A stretch of 64,000 nt of DNA from Lama guanicoe (lineage: Eukaryota): NCBI GenBank assembly GCA_013239625.1, contig MU056000.1:12723175-12787174 (forward strand). The letters run 5' to 3'. Below are positions 1 to 13,262 of this stretch, piece after piece. The notes under the pieces were generated by a model, which was given only the letters and a program-made list of their open reading frames with translations, did no database searches and had not been told where the DNA came from. A program made the position numbers and the translations under genes. Within the stretch, counting starts at the first letter, position 1. The number at the start of each line of letters is the position of its first letter.

Positions 1-2468
1 ATTGTATATGTAGTTACAAATTATATGCATATGTTTCTGTGTACATTACAAGCACATGGGCAACAGAATTTCAGAAGGTCAAGATGAAAATAAAAATCGA
101 TGTTCTAGTGTTTTTCTTATTCAGTCTGGTAAACTGCTTTGTGTGCTCTGGGGTGCACCTCCCACTCTGGAGAGCAAGTATCCCATTGGCTCTCGTAGCT
201 GAGATGAGAGGCCGCCTGTTTTCCGCTTCACTAAGGTTTGGTTTTTTAATGGCTTCATAGAACACTGAGTCATATTTTTGTTCATTTGGGTGTGAGGATA
301 CAGAATTAAACCTACGGGACATTATTTTCACTTGTGGCCTATGATGAGTTTAGGGAGCCTGGCGATTTCCACGATGAAGCAGGTTGTTGCTGGAGGACCA
401 CCAAGCTGCTGCGGCTTGTTGGGGAGCGAGGGGCCTCATGGTCAGTGTTACAGTGCAAATCCCACAATGCCATGCCAATTTATTTTGGCACAAACTGAAT
501 TTTATATTCCTTCTGATGACTGACTTGAGGCAAAACCGGTCACTTTTGAGGGAGTTTACGATTTTTCTAATTGCTACCCAGGAGCACCATTTAGCCGCTT
601 TATGGTGGGTGCATGTCATTTTATGCTGCAGTGATGGGACCCAGCACCATGCATATAAGAAAGTGTCTAATCATCTCTCTACCATAAGTTTAAGACACTG
701 TGATATCCCTTCCCTGCATAGTTGGATGTAAATTTTCATCTAAATATTGAGTAAAGTGATTGCAAATGTTAGTGATTAGACAGTGATAAACGTAGAGATT
801 AGAAATCTTCCTAGCCCCTTTGCACTCACTGTTTTGTTGACACCCTCACCTAGTCTCAGCTTTTAAATACTTTCTCAGTTATTTGAAAGAAGAGAGAGAT
901 CTGCCAAACCAGGTTTCACTTCTGAAAGGCTACTGTCACAAAAGGTGGTGTCAAGAAAACCAAAGTAATACATAATTTCTTTTAGAAATGCAGAGGAGAT
1001 GTGGTCAGCAAAAAGGGAAGGAAGATGTCCGAGGAGGGTCACTATCTCTTCTGCACTCGAAGAGACAGTAAATGGCAATTTGGGGAAAATTATCTGCCAG
1101 ACTGCATTCTTTCATCCCGATCTTGAACCTCACATCTACATTCATCTTAATCATGAAAATATGGAAGTGAATAGGATTAATTAGCACATTTTGAAATGGT
1201 ACCAAGATAGAGCCTATTTTAAAATCAAGTTAAGAACGGAATGAGTAGAAGTGGACTAGAAGAATAGAATAGAAGAATAGGTGAGTAAAGCAGTAACGCT
1301 CATTAGAAATATACAAACCATAACACAGTGCACAGATGGGCTGATATTTAATATTGGGCTGAAGGTCTGGAATGAACATAGAGTTTTACTGGAAATGGAA
1401 ATGGCATTTTACTGGCAAGCAGGAAAAGTAATAACTGGCTACTTGGGATAATTCCTAATTGAGGACTTAATAGACTTTGGCTTAATAGACACTTTTGAGA
1501 TTTGAGTTAAGCTAGGAAACTAATAGCTTTAATATTAATTAATCATGTTAGTGATAGATTAAAATATTTGAAGTAAAGTTGGTGGTGGTTTCTGAAACAG
1601 TTATGAAACATACTAGTAGGGTCAGTAATATCGACATTATATTGGTGGTTGAGAATGTATATTCTGAGTCCAATGAAGTACAGGGATACCAAGATTTGAT
1701 AAATTTGTTTAAGCCAGGCTAGGAACCATACGTTTACATTTGAGTTTCTGCCATCAACAGTGCATTTAACACGGCCAACAAATGTACTCTGGAGTGAGTA
1801 ACAAAATCAGAGCAGGAGGCACGAAAGTCAATATTCAGTATGCTTGAATAGGATATATGACTGCAACTTCGCAGGCCAAATTCAATATCTACTCTACTGT
1901 AAATTTTTGCCAAATATGTATTAATATTCATTATTCCTTCCAAGGCATTTTGGACATTAATAAAGACTCAAGGGAGAAATGGACACTTTGGCAACTTCGT
2001 GGCCATTTTGAAATGGAAAGACACCTAATGCTAAGTTTAGACTGTCGGTTTGTGACGTTTATAGATTTGGTATCACACTGTCCTGCGAGTTCTAAAGACA
2101 AATATTCTTTAAAAAGTCTCACAAAACTTCTGGGCATTAAATAGCTTTTCACAAATAACATCTTGGTGAGTTGGATGTAAATAAGCCAAAACAATGAGTA
2201 ATAGTTTGCTCTGGGCTTCTACATGAAGGGGGTGGGGTACGTGGTTAACTGTGACCAGACGCTGTAGCTGTAGTTTCTGTTAAGTGTTTGAAGGAAGAAC
2301 TGTTTGATTCAACAGCTTTATCAACTGCCTGCCTCTCTTCTACTGGACACCTTTCCTGGGTTGAGCCAGCTGCCCTTTAGGTAGAATTTGATCCAGTTCC
2401 CAAGCTTTATTTACATCTTTGTGGCAAATTTGTTTTCTTCCTCTCCTTCTGTGAGCCTTTTTGCATAC

Positions 2469-2504
2469 TTCTCAAATTCCATATATTTCTCAAATTCCAT
2501 ATAT
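2469..2504. repeat. Exact 18-bp tandem duplication
   Basis: (ttctcaaattccatatat)x2. Confidence 0.9.
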
Positions 2505-2897
2505 GTTCAAATGACTTTATCTTTTCTTTGCAATAGCTCCCACAGTTATCTTTTTCTTCTCTCTCTCTTTCGTGAGAATATAATCAAATATTATTAGAAA
2601 AGTCCCCAGTGAGGCTAGAGGTCATCTTAGGTACCTATGAGGACAGCAAAGATCAGAAAGATGACTTTGATTGTCATGGGAGTTTGGTTCTGAAGTGCAG
2701 GTCTGTGATTTTGATCATGGGTCAAATCTCACTTTGTTTTGGGGCATCTGTGAAAGGCCTTTGGATTCTGATAGCTTCCTTTTTCAATTTCCTCTGCCTG
2801 ATTTCTTAGGGAAAATTACCTGTTCTTCCATTTACCAAATACTTAACTGATACGTACCAGGTGTTTTGCTAGGGGCTGGGAGCCAGTGTGTCCCTGG

Positions 2898-3079
2898 TAG
2901 GACCAGCTATATAATTAAAAGGATTCAGTGCAAAATAAAAATGCAAGGTCCCTTGTTCAAAACTTATTAAGAGTCTCAAGATGGCAGGAGCAGGGCCTCA
3001 GGCCAGGTGTAGGGCTCTTCTGAGTCCCGGGCTCTGTGTGACTGGCTGCACAGGTCACACATGTGTAAAGCCAACCCCA
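2898..3079 (-). mobile_element. MER91A-like hAT-Tip100 non-autonomous DNA transposon
   Basis: cagtgcaaaataaaaatgcaaggtcccttgttcaaaacttattaagagtctcaagatggc...tgcacaggtcacac matches the reverse complement of the recalled MER91A consensus; possible degenerate 8-bp TSD gtccctgg/gccccggg. Confidence 0.8.
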
Positions 3080-6000
3080 GCCCCGGGTTCATCTTCATAT
3101 AACATTCTTTTCATCAAGTCACTCTGCTGATACATTTCTAAATGCTCCCTTTCTTAAATAGTCGTGTTTAAGTTCCAAGAACCCTTAACCATTTGGCTCC
3201 AACCTGAATTTTCATCTTTATTTGTCATGCTTCCACTAAGTGTCATGCTGCCTGCCTAACTAAGATTATACAGAGGGGGAAATCCACTTCCTTAGTACCA
3301 GGAAGCAGAGTGGCAAACCATTTGAAGAAGAGGTCTTGGTGAATCTCTCAAAGTGGAGAAGCGATCCTCAGAGAGATGCTGGATAGCGAGAGGATGAGGG
3401 GGCTCTCTACACAACAGAAGGAGGAAGGGAGGAGTGGCGATGGAGCAGAGCCACAGGGTTTAGTCTCAGAAAGACCCTTGGCTTCCCTGGCAGCAAGCGT
3501 TCCTGGAGAAGAACCATTTGAGTGGAGGTCTATATTGTTGTTATTGTATCCGGAAAACCCTCCTCTATCCTCCCTACAAAAGCTCCTGCTAGCTTTACTT
3601 TGTTCAGTGCTGCATTCGATAAGAATGGAGTCTTTTTGGCAATGCATGGAAACTCTGAGTCTGCGTCAGGGTTGCTATATTACAAAATCAGTGACTTTGT
3701 GATGGGGACTACCAACAAATGGCTTCTGCGAGTTATTTTGCCATTTCCTGTATGTGTCTGACATATACCGTCCCTGACCTACCCCTTCCGTTATTCCTTC
3801 CTCTTTGCGCTTTGCTTCTTTAAAGCCTATATGTTGTGAGGTCAAAATCGAACTTTCTTTTCTCTAAGAAATCCTAAAAACCATCCTGCCTCCAAATGAT
3901 TGCTTCTGCTACAGGTGCATTTTACTGATTATGAACCACTGAGCATTTACTTAGTGCCTCTTTCTAGATAGCATTGTTTTACACGCCTCTGCCTGATCCT
4001 CTTATATTCAGGAAGCTCACTGAGGACAGGATTTTTTTAAATCTCTTTTTATCATCACACCCACCCCAGTACTATGTCTCTATAGCTGAAAGGAGGCTGA
4101 CCTCAAAGGGATAATAAACTTGACTGGATTAGAGAAAACCTTAATGTCAAAGAGAAATAAAAGAGAAGCAGAAAATACTCAAGTTTTAGAGACAGGTTGA
4201 CAAAGCTTTAGTAACACTGTGTGATCCCGTTCCAGAGAGGCAGAGCCTTTCACAGAAGTCAACTGATAAATATTCTCTTCTAAAAAGTGGTATTTTGATC
4301 AGATACATTAGTACATCTAAGACTTTTTAATAACCTTCCTGAAGCAAGCAGCAGATATCCCAGTATAGGAATCACAGGACAAATGCAATAAGGGACACAC
4401 TGAAAATATACAGGCTTCCCCAGAACGTCTCTACCACCTGTGATATGAGGCTCAGGACAATCACGGATGCCTTGGGAGGAACCTGGTATAACGTACTCAG
4501 AATATATTCCATCACCATAGTCATCATGCTTAATAACTCTATGTTGTTTTCATGACAGTGTATGAGTTCAGTCTTCCCATCTAAATTATTTGTCACATTC
4601 ATAACATTCTGTAGGTACTGTTTGAACACACACCTGATGGGGTAGAAACCATGATGAGTAGAGTCAGTATTCTGATGCCTGGAATGGGCTACATGCAGGT
4701 AACCAGTACAACTTGCCGTTTTCTTTTAAAGATATTTGTTTCTGTATGGACATTTCACATAGGGTTTTGCTAGAAGGGAAGGAAGTTGAGATCAGCTGAG
4801 AAAGCCAGGACTGACCCTCTCAAGTAGGGAGAAACTGACCCTCGCTGGAGGAGAAACTCTCAAGTAGGAATACAGTTTTGTTATACCCACAAATATATAA
4901 TTGGATATCAGAAGACATTGCGAACTGAGAAGTCAAACATGGCGAAAGTGGCAGTGTAGATGTCTACACCACAGAAAATCCAAAGGACCTCCCTGTAGGA
5001 AGTCAAGTGAGTAGGTAGCAATATGGATCCATGGATATTATATGGTTGGGGATTGAGAAGTCTTAGTAAGAAAATGACTGACTCATTCAAACAACTTTTT
5101 GCCTGAAGTTCTTTCCCCTGGAAACTTACCAGGGAGGCATTACCTTCGAGAGTTAGTAAGGTGCTTAAGCTTACAGGCTTGGAAGCTTGACTTTGTCAGG
5201 GGGTTGAGAATCATCTGTCTCTAAGGCTCAGGTTTGTATTAACTGAGTTTGATGCTGATATGGGACACAGAATGTAAATTTATCCTTTTGCAGTGAAAGC
5301 TGTAATTGCCATAGGAACTAGAGCGTTTATGACCTCAGCATAAGTACATTCTCTCCCTGTAGGTCAGCCTGTAAGGGAGGACACATTTTGATCAGAACTC
5401 TTGCCAGCGAGGCATCAGAACATAAAGCATTCGTTTGATGAACTACAGTGTTTCTCAGCAGTAGTCTAAATTAGCCTGTTGTTTTCATCACCACAAAAGA
5501 AAGGCCTTGACAATGGACCACAGTATCTGCCGTCTGCTGGCTGGGCCCATTGCTTATTCAAAATGCTTGAATAAGCAGCTCACATGTACCTTTCTGACTC
5601 TCCTGTTACAGCTTCTAGAAGCCGCCAAGCCCACTTTGGAGCAACATACTCTTTCTTAAGACTTTTCAATGAACTCTCTCTGACCACATTCAGATCCTTT
5701 AGGTTTTAAGTCCTTAATGTGACCTTGCAAAATGCAGTGGCCTTTTAGAAATGATTGTATTTTCTTCTTTTCCTGCTTCGTCAATGATTACTTAATTTCA
5801 GCTTGTGGACAATAAGGAGACAAACCCTAGTCATTGTTGGTGATGGGGGTCTGGTGGCATTATTGAGTGCTGGGGTGGGGAGTGACAAGGCGTTCAAGAA
5901 GGGAAGTGGAGACTGGGAAAGCTTTCTAGTCACCAGAGAAACCAGTCTGAGTGTGGAGTGAGAAAACTTAGGAGATCATTTGTGTTGATTCAGCTGGGAT

Positions 6001-7238
6001 GGTTGCAGAGTGCTGACGTACTGGGGCAAAGAGTTTACCCAAGATGCATTAGTGCCTAAATTTGTGGCAGCAAGAGAATGCAAATGCGGATGAGTGATGA
6101 CTGCTCCGGTCACGAGGAGATGGTGTAAGTCAGACCCAGTGTAAGCTAAAGACATGGACACCTGAGGCTTGGAGAAAAGGCCTGATATAGGGAGTGGGTT
6201 TGGTAATTCTTTCTGGACCACTCAGTCCTATCCTGATAGATGGAGGCAGCAGAGAAGGTAAATTTTCACTTCACTTCTTCTTGTCTAGTCTACCCTTCTT
6301 TCTAATAGAGAGAAAGTAAATGGGAGCATGGAAATATTTTTCTTAAAAAGATTCAACTAAAATCTTAACTAGTAGGCATGTCCACATTTTTCTTTTCCTT
6401 TTTACGGCCATATTCTGACAGAATTAGGACAAAATTTAATTTGTTTTGGAAAGCACTACAGCCCCCTCATCAAAAACAAAACAAAACAAAAAATAAATAT
6501 CTTTCAGAGGGTCTGTGTCACTGGTTTCAGACAGATTTTGTTAACAAATCTGAACTTTGTCCTGCAGTACTATTTAGCCATTGCTTTGTGAATTGAAACT
6601 AAGACATTATTAAATTCTAGCAAGACAAGAAATAAACTGGTTGTTTAATTGACAGGTTTTTTTTTCTCTTTTATCCAAGATAAAGAAGCAAACAACAAAA
6701 AAAATTACAGTGCTATCAGCTGCACTGTGCACGTGCCCTTATGACAGTGCTGTGTTCTATACGTGACTTTAGTAATCAAATTTTGTGGATATACAAGAAA
6801 GGGTTTTTTACAAATAGCTCTGTTCTTGTCATTAATCAAATGTGAACCAAACCATTTAATTCCATTTTAGAGGCATTAAACTGATTTTAACCCTTTGTTT
6901 TCACCAGCCCCCCCTTCTGCCCCTATCTTGTACATGTTGTTTCTCAAGGAGGTACTCAAAAGAAGTAAGAAATGATGGTGGAATTACTTAAATCATGGAA
7001 AACACAATGGCATTTAGGGCTCCATTGGAGTCCTGCTGTAATATGTGTCTGGGTTCAAGCTGTGGATCTGCTTTAAGTGTGATCATTTTAGAACTAGATC
7101 TCTCAGAGTAAACGAGTGGTCTTTGATGTGATTCAACAGTGGATTTTTTAAATTACGTAGCTCTCTATTGTATATTGTTGGGTTGCTTGATTTTTTTTTT
7201 ATTTTGATAAACTTTCTTTGAATATGAAAGTATAAGTA

Positions 7239-7545
7239 TAGTCAATTCTGCTATAACATGACACGTGCTCTTAAAAACCACCCTCCTATTCAAAACCACA
7301 CAATATAAAAGACAAGGCTTGTGGGGGAGGAGATGGGGTTTCGGGGCATAACACTCAAAAACTGTTACCGACACGTACAAAGATGGAAACCTAACAAAAT
7401 AGGTAGTACGATCTTATACATGTTAAAGGTTAAGAAACGTATAAACGCTACAACACAAGCTGCACTTTAACCTGCATTTGCTTGTAAAATCGCTACGGTT
7501 TGTGAGTTATTGGGAGTGGTGGGAAGGCAGTTATTTTGATTTGTA
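7239..7545. mobile_element. Tigger13a-like TcMar DNA transposon fragment
   Basis: TA followed by tagtcaattctgctataacatgacac...ggggcataacactcaaaaact...ggttaagaaacgtataaacgctacaa, resembling the Tigger13a end. Confidence 0.65.
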
Positions 7546-8419
7546 GACTTCCTGATGATTTTCTGCAAAGTTAGACCATGGAGGAGTGAGTAGGAACTTG
7601 AGGGTGTTGGAGGCCATGAAGAGTGAGCTTGCGGAGGGTACCTGCCAAATTAAATCACAGGAATATAACTTTTCTTGTGGTCACGATCACCAGTGCACCC
7701 GAAATACAGAAGTTCAAGAATGTGACTAAGTCAGCTGAACCCCAACCTCCAAAGGTCCCACTGACTACAATATAGCGTGAGACTTATCAGTGAAAAAGGA
7801 AATCAGATCATGGCTATTGTATGAAGTCTGTTTGACTACTGAAAATACAAACTAAAAAAAAAAAAAACCCTGATTTTATGCATCATTTAATTGCTATTAA
7901 ATTTATTCTTAATGATTTACTAATTTGTAATGACATTCAAAAAAAGAAAAATTACACAACGCTGGACTCTCACATTCCCGAAATAAGTCCTTCAGTTAAA
8001 AAATAAATACATATTATATTATTAAATAAACATAAAAATACAATACTATGGAAAGTGGAATAATAAGATATTATTTCTTTATCTATACATACAGTTCAAA
8101 TTTAAAGCATTCAATTTATAATCAAACATTTGACTGCATAAAATTTTATGCTCTTGTTCTCAAAGGGGCATAAAACAAACAACATCCAATATGTAAGCCT
8201 ACGTCTTGAAACTTATGTGACAGAAAAAAGATTCAGGCAATACAAAATAAAATTGATCTGGTGTTCGTATTCATTAGCATAACAGTCAAGTAAGAGCAAG
8301 GATATAAAATGCACAGCATACATGATCCAGAAATCTCAAGTGAGTTCCAGGAAAATGCTTTATAAGACATCTCAGCCAAACTTGTTAAAGCAATTGCAGT
8401 TATTCTGACGTGGCATTTG

Positions 8420-8710
8420 AGGTGTATTACTTAAACCCGGATTGGGAAGTAGGCAGAAAGAAGTTGAATTCTGGAGCTGTCAGGGCCATGTCATTCGCTG
8501 TGTGAAGACAGCCAGTTTGCAGTGAGGGAGAACCAGAGACACACAGATAAGGGACAGGTAGCATCCCGTGCCGTACAAGCCCATGGAACTCCCACACGCA
8601 CTCTCGTTTCCACTCCAAGCTTGCCATTCTATCTGTCCCACCAACTCCATGAATCAATGTATTTCCATTTTTGCTTAAGCTGTGTAAGTTTCTGCCAGTG
8701 ATATGCATAC
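8420..8710 (+). mobile_element. Old MaLR LTR fragment (MLT1J/K/L-like)
   Basis: ctggagctgtcagggccatgtc...ccatgaatcaatgtatttccatttttgcttaagctg, typical of an MLT1 3' half. Confidence 0.5.
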
Positions 8711-9007
8711 CATTATAAGTACCTATTATTACTCCACACTTAGGGCATTTTGTGGCTTTGCTGCCCTGATGGTTCTCCCCAAACACTGAAATGTTCTTTC
8801 AGCACACTTCTGAGCAATTCATCTGCTGCTTTTAATGGTTAGATCTCCAAGTAAAGTACAATCACTAAGTCGTAGAAAATGGTGCCTACTTCATTGAAAA
8901 TAAAACTGAAACCTAAAAGACAAAAATGGATACTGACTTGCTCATCTTGAGTTCAGGCAGAGACAAATTCCTTTTCAGGGAAGAAGAGCATCCCCTAAGC
9001 TACTTAC

Positions 9008-9105
9008 CATTGGGGGCTTTTTGGTGAACAGAGAAGGTATGGATCCTGGGCTCAGGCTAGTATATTTAGGCAGGGTTAAGGCAAGAGGAAGCTAAACTGC
9101 TCTGC
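9008..9105 (-). other. Candidate 98-nt non-coding/5' UTR exon on minus strand, ending in ATG
   Basis: Minus strand: ctcccttcttctcttttcag|GCAGAG...CCCCCAATG|gtaagtag; stops in all three frames before the terminal ATG. Confidence 0.4.
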
Positions 9106-11489
9106 CTGAAAAGAGAAGAAGGGAGTTTTTAAATTGGACAAAAGTCAGAGTAAGGCCACAGGGTTTACCAGCAAGTCTCTGTGCAACAGAACCACTACTT
9201 ACGTGCATGTGCGTTGAGTGCAAAAATCCCCCCTTATTCCCACAAAGACGTTTCTTGGTTTCTGAGTAACTAGAGTTTCTGGTCAATAGAAATTCTGTGT
9301 CATGTTCAGTTAACCTCCTTTATGCTACTTTTGACATGTTCATTGGATTCACAAGTTAAGCTTCTTTGGGTCATGCTCATTCTCGTTGGCTCAGGCTGTC
9401 TTGAACACGCAGGCTCTACTTGGCAGACCATTTTTGGGATCGACCTTGTTACTTCCTTAAAACTGTTTCTGCTCCTCTGTATTATCCAATTTGTTGAATC
9501 TTGGCTCTTAAATTCAAATTAAAAGCCACACTCTTAGCCTTTAAACTTCCTAGTTCTGGACTGAGATGTAGTAAGGTGAACATTCCTGTGGGGGCATGGG
9601 GTACTGTTTTAGCCTATTAGCTATGAATCCTATATGGGTCCTTCAAAGAAGGTTCTGACATACAGCCCAAATACATAAATTCTGTTGAATGTATATTTAT
9701 TTTTGTTTAAGCTTCTTTAATATTTAAGATCCTAGAGGGTATAGACCATATTGTCTTTAAACTACGGGTAACGAGCTACCATTATTTTAGAAAACATACG
9801 TGAAACACACCATAAAAGACCACAGAGCAGACCAAAGGAAACTGAACTCTTATTCTGACAACTTCTGAGTCAAAGAATTAGAAGAATTTCTTTTTGTAGT
9901 TTCAAAGAAGGGAGACTGAATTGAGAATACGGGTAACATAGAAGAAATAATATCATTAATTAAGAAATAATCTGCAATGTTCTATATCTCAAATTCTTTC
10001 TTCACTGTAAGATAATTACTTTGAGTTGCACTTGTTAAGTTGGTTATTATTAGTAGACGTCAACTGAGTTTGCTTCTGCTTTGAAATTACAATGTCAAGT
10101 TTATAACTTTCATAAATTTAAAGGACTTATTTTAAACTAAAGAAACATTGCACATTCCCCATAACAACTTTTGCACATTAGATTAAGTTTTTGGCTGGAA
10201 CACAATGTGATTTTTTTCCCTCTGATAGGGTAACCTTAAAGATAAATCTATATTTTAATTTATTCCTTCAATGCACTCTCATCCTGTGGATAATGCCATT
10301 TTAATAAATTTTACATTAGTTCCAAAAATCCTGAGTCACCTAATATATTCCTATAAATTTCATACTTCGGGGCTTTTGGTGCCAAGCTTTACATCTAATT
10401 TAATAATAGTAAAAATTTTTACTCTATTTTTTGATGCCTTCTGAACTTTATGTAGGTTACAAATATAAGCAAGTCAATCAGTAGAATCACTGCCATGTCA
10501 TAGGCATTATAGTTAAAACCCAGACCACAGAAAAGCTGAAGTGGAGGCGAAAAACAGAAGACAGCAACAAGATACATAAAGTTGGGCTCCCCATTTGAGA
10601 AACACATGGAAAATGCACAGGGTACAAAGGTCATTGATTTCATCGTTGACTTTAGGACAAGTTGATGTCTATTGTCTTTATTTTTTTAATCAATATTTTT
10701 TTCTGATTTTGTTATCCAGTTTTTAGTGTAAGGATACTGAGAAAATATATTTTTAGCAGCTCTTAAAGATAATCATTGTAGGGGGAGATCAACTTTGCTG
10801 AAAAGACACTTTCTAAGTTCAGATTTCAGGGGGAAGAAGGGAGCTTCTTGTCGTAATAAAGGAAGGAAGCAGGTACAGTGTTGCAGAGGGCAAGGCAGGA
10901 GAGGATGGCCAACTGCTGGGGGTAGAAAGTATGCATTTAGGAAAAGAGGTAGTTGAATGAAGATTTCTTTTTAGTGGAGTCCTAGAGATCCCATTGAAAC
11001 AAATCTTTGATAATCCTACTCCAATTCTGGGGGCAGATGGATTTCTTAAAGAAGCTGGTGGAGGAGTTGAGGTCTGAGTTAAGGTTGCACAGAGATCAAA
11101 AAGAATTAAGTTTAGCTGTAAAGGTCATTTTCTGTTTCATTTGATGATTAAAAGCTACTTTTAATATACAAAAGTAAAGTTTTAAGATTAGATTTGATTT
11201 AATTGAAAAACCTGGTCTTAAGTGGTATACTGTCTGCCTGACATTAACAGAAATGCAGTCCAGTCATAAAAATTAATTAAAAGAGATTGAATTAACATTA
11301 CTAAAAATGTTGGAGGGAAACTCATTCATAAACCACAGTTTATAGGTTAAAATCCTCTTCTCCGCTCCTCCACCAGTATCTTCCAGATCCTGTGGCTGCT
11401 CAGAAACTAGTCTATTGACCCTTCTCTCTCCAACCCCCAGACAGCACCTTATCCTTGTCCCCATCTCCATTTCCAATCTAAATCCAACA

Positions 11490-12330
11490 ATTAGCAGTAG
11501 ATATTTATTCAACATCTACAACTGGTGAAGCAAGCCAATGAATGATGAAGATACATCCAGCGGTGGATAAAATAGAAAAGCAGTTCCTGTCTTCATGATC
11601 TGCCATACATTCTCATGAGGGAAACAGGCAATAAAAGAGAAAAATCAGTAAAATGTATAATATGTCAGAAATATACATAATATGTCAAAAACACAAAAGA
11701 TGAGAGCCAAGAGCAGTGCTGATGAGTCTGCCATGTCTGTTGGAGGTGGTGGTGGTCAGTGAGGTTCTTACTGAGAAGGGGATTTTGAGTAGAAACTTTA
11801 AAGAAATAAAGAAGCAAGCCATACAGTGCACAAGGGGAGAGGATTCCAGGCTCAGGGAACATCAGTTATGGATGGACGGTTTGTATAGTAATTCTGGCAA
11901 GTTCAAGGGTGGGAAAGGAGGCCTGTGAGGTGACGAAGAGCGCAGAAGGGGAAGGTTAGTGAAGGAAGGGTTCAGAGAATGTGTGTGACTTTACATGTAA
12001 CAGAAGGACTCCTCCCTTTATTCCGCATGAGATGGAGGCCACTGAGAGTTTCTGAGTAAAAGAGTGGTACTATCTTGTTCTGTTTTAACACTCTTGGAGT
12101 TGAGAATAGACAAACCAGAGTAAAGGGAGGCAAGGCTGGACACAAGAAACTCAATCAGGCGATTTTTGACAATAATTTAGGAGAGAGACAACAGTCTTTT
12201 GGACCACGTGATGGTAAAATGAGGGTGATATGAGGTAGCAGGATCCTGAATAGATTTTGAAGGTAGCAACAATGGAAATATTTTTGGTAGACCATATGGG
12301 AAAATGGAGATGAAACAAGTCTGGAAGAAT
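11490..12330 (-). mobile_element. LINE-2 3' region
   Basis: gatatttattcaacatctac...cagttcctgtcttcatg...atgagatggaggccactgagagtttctgag...gaatagattttgaaggtag, typical antisense L2. Confidence 0.75.
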
Positions 12331-13139
12331 ATTTTGGCAAATGGAATCAATATACAAAAATGGCAAGGTGATACTGTAATGTGAGACGCTGCCCACCCAA
12401 GTCTGGAGGGACAACTTGGGGCAGTGTGCTGAGAATAAAACCTTTCCATTCCAGACTTGGCCAATCAGGCACATCTTTATTTAAAGTGGCCTATAATTTC
12501 CTTTTCTAATCTAGGTTTTGACTTCCAGGTATAACACTTAAAGAGGAAAAGGATAGCCATGTAGAAATGCAAAATTAGGAACCACAGAAGACTTTTTCAT
12601 GTTGTAACTGGACCTAGGGTGACAAGAATCTACCTCAGTTTCAGTAATTTTATATTCTGGTTATTTCCTTAGTCGTATGGATTCAACGTTACATCAAAAC
12701 CTCCAAGCCTCTACAATATCCTAGAAAAATTGACAGTCCAAACATCCAGCAAGTTAACTTCTTCTAATTTAAAATGGTCCTCACAAAGAAATGAGATTTT
12801 ATTCCTATCACTCTAGCATTTGAAATGGAAACAGAAATGTATTTGTTTTAAAAGATTGTATTTGGTCATTGGGGTAAAATAATTAAAATGTTAAATGTTG
12901 ATCCCTGGTTATCTGTATCATAATGACAGAATTTGTGAATTATCTCGGATTTCAGATAGTTACTTGTTTGGGAGGTAAGACAGCAAATGACTTGCACTTG
13001 TAGATACTGGTACACATTCTTAAATTAGAATCAACTGTCATAAAATCTACATTAAAATGAATAATCTGCTAGAAGTCTCTCAATTTGGCTTGTCTGGACA
13101 CGAGACCATGTGAGACAGACTAAGCCAGAAACAGGAGGT

Positions 13140-13262
13140 ATCTCGAGACGGACTCAGCGAGATTTCAGCTGGCGGGAACGACGTGGGCTGAGCAGTCTCG
13201 CGAGACCTGAAGGTACCGCAGCGGTGGCTGTCGCCAGAGGGAGGAAGAGAGGACCGGAAGTT
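13140..13262 (+). promoter_or_regulatory. CpG-rich promoter-like segment in retrocopy leader: TCTCGCGAGA (BANP-type) and ACCGGAAGT (ETS/GABP-type) motifs
   Basis: 12-bp palindrome GTCTCGCGAGAC at 13195-13206; degenerate relatives at ~13141 (tctcgagac) and ~13153 (ctcagcgagatt); ACCGGAAGT at 13253-13261. Confidence 0.6.

Noticed and set aside
1700..2100. Possible ancient LINE (L4/RTE-X or CR1) reverse-transcriptase remnant
   Set aside because: Resemblance too faint to support without an HMM search.
3265..3685. Possible ancient LTR with overlapping ~100-aa ORFs
   Set aside because: Could not assign a family; ORFs have no recognisable homology.
12950..13070. Possible 5' TSD copies for the RNF167 insertion (ttcagatagttacttgt at 12951; aaattagaatc at 13022) vs aaattcagatacttgt after the poly(A)
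   Set aside because: Matches need gaps or mismatches and do not abut the apparent 5' end; not supportable.
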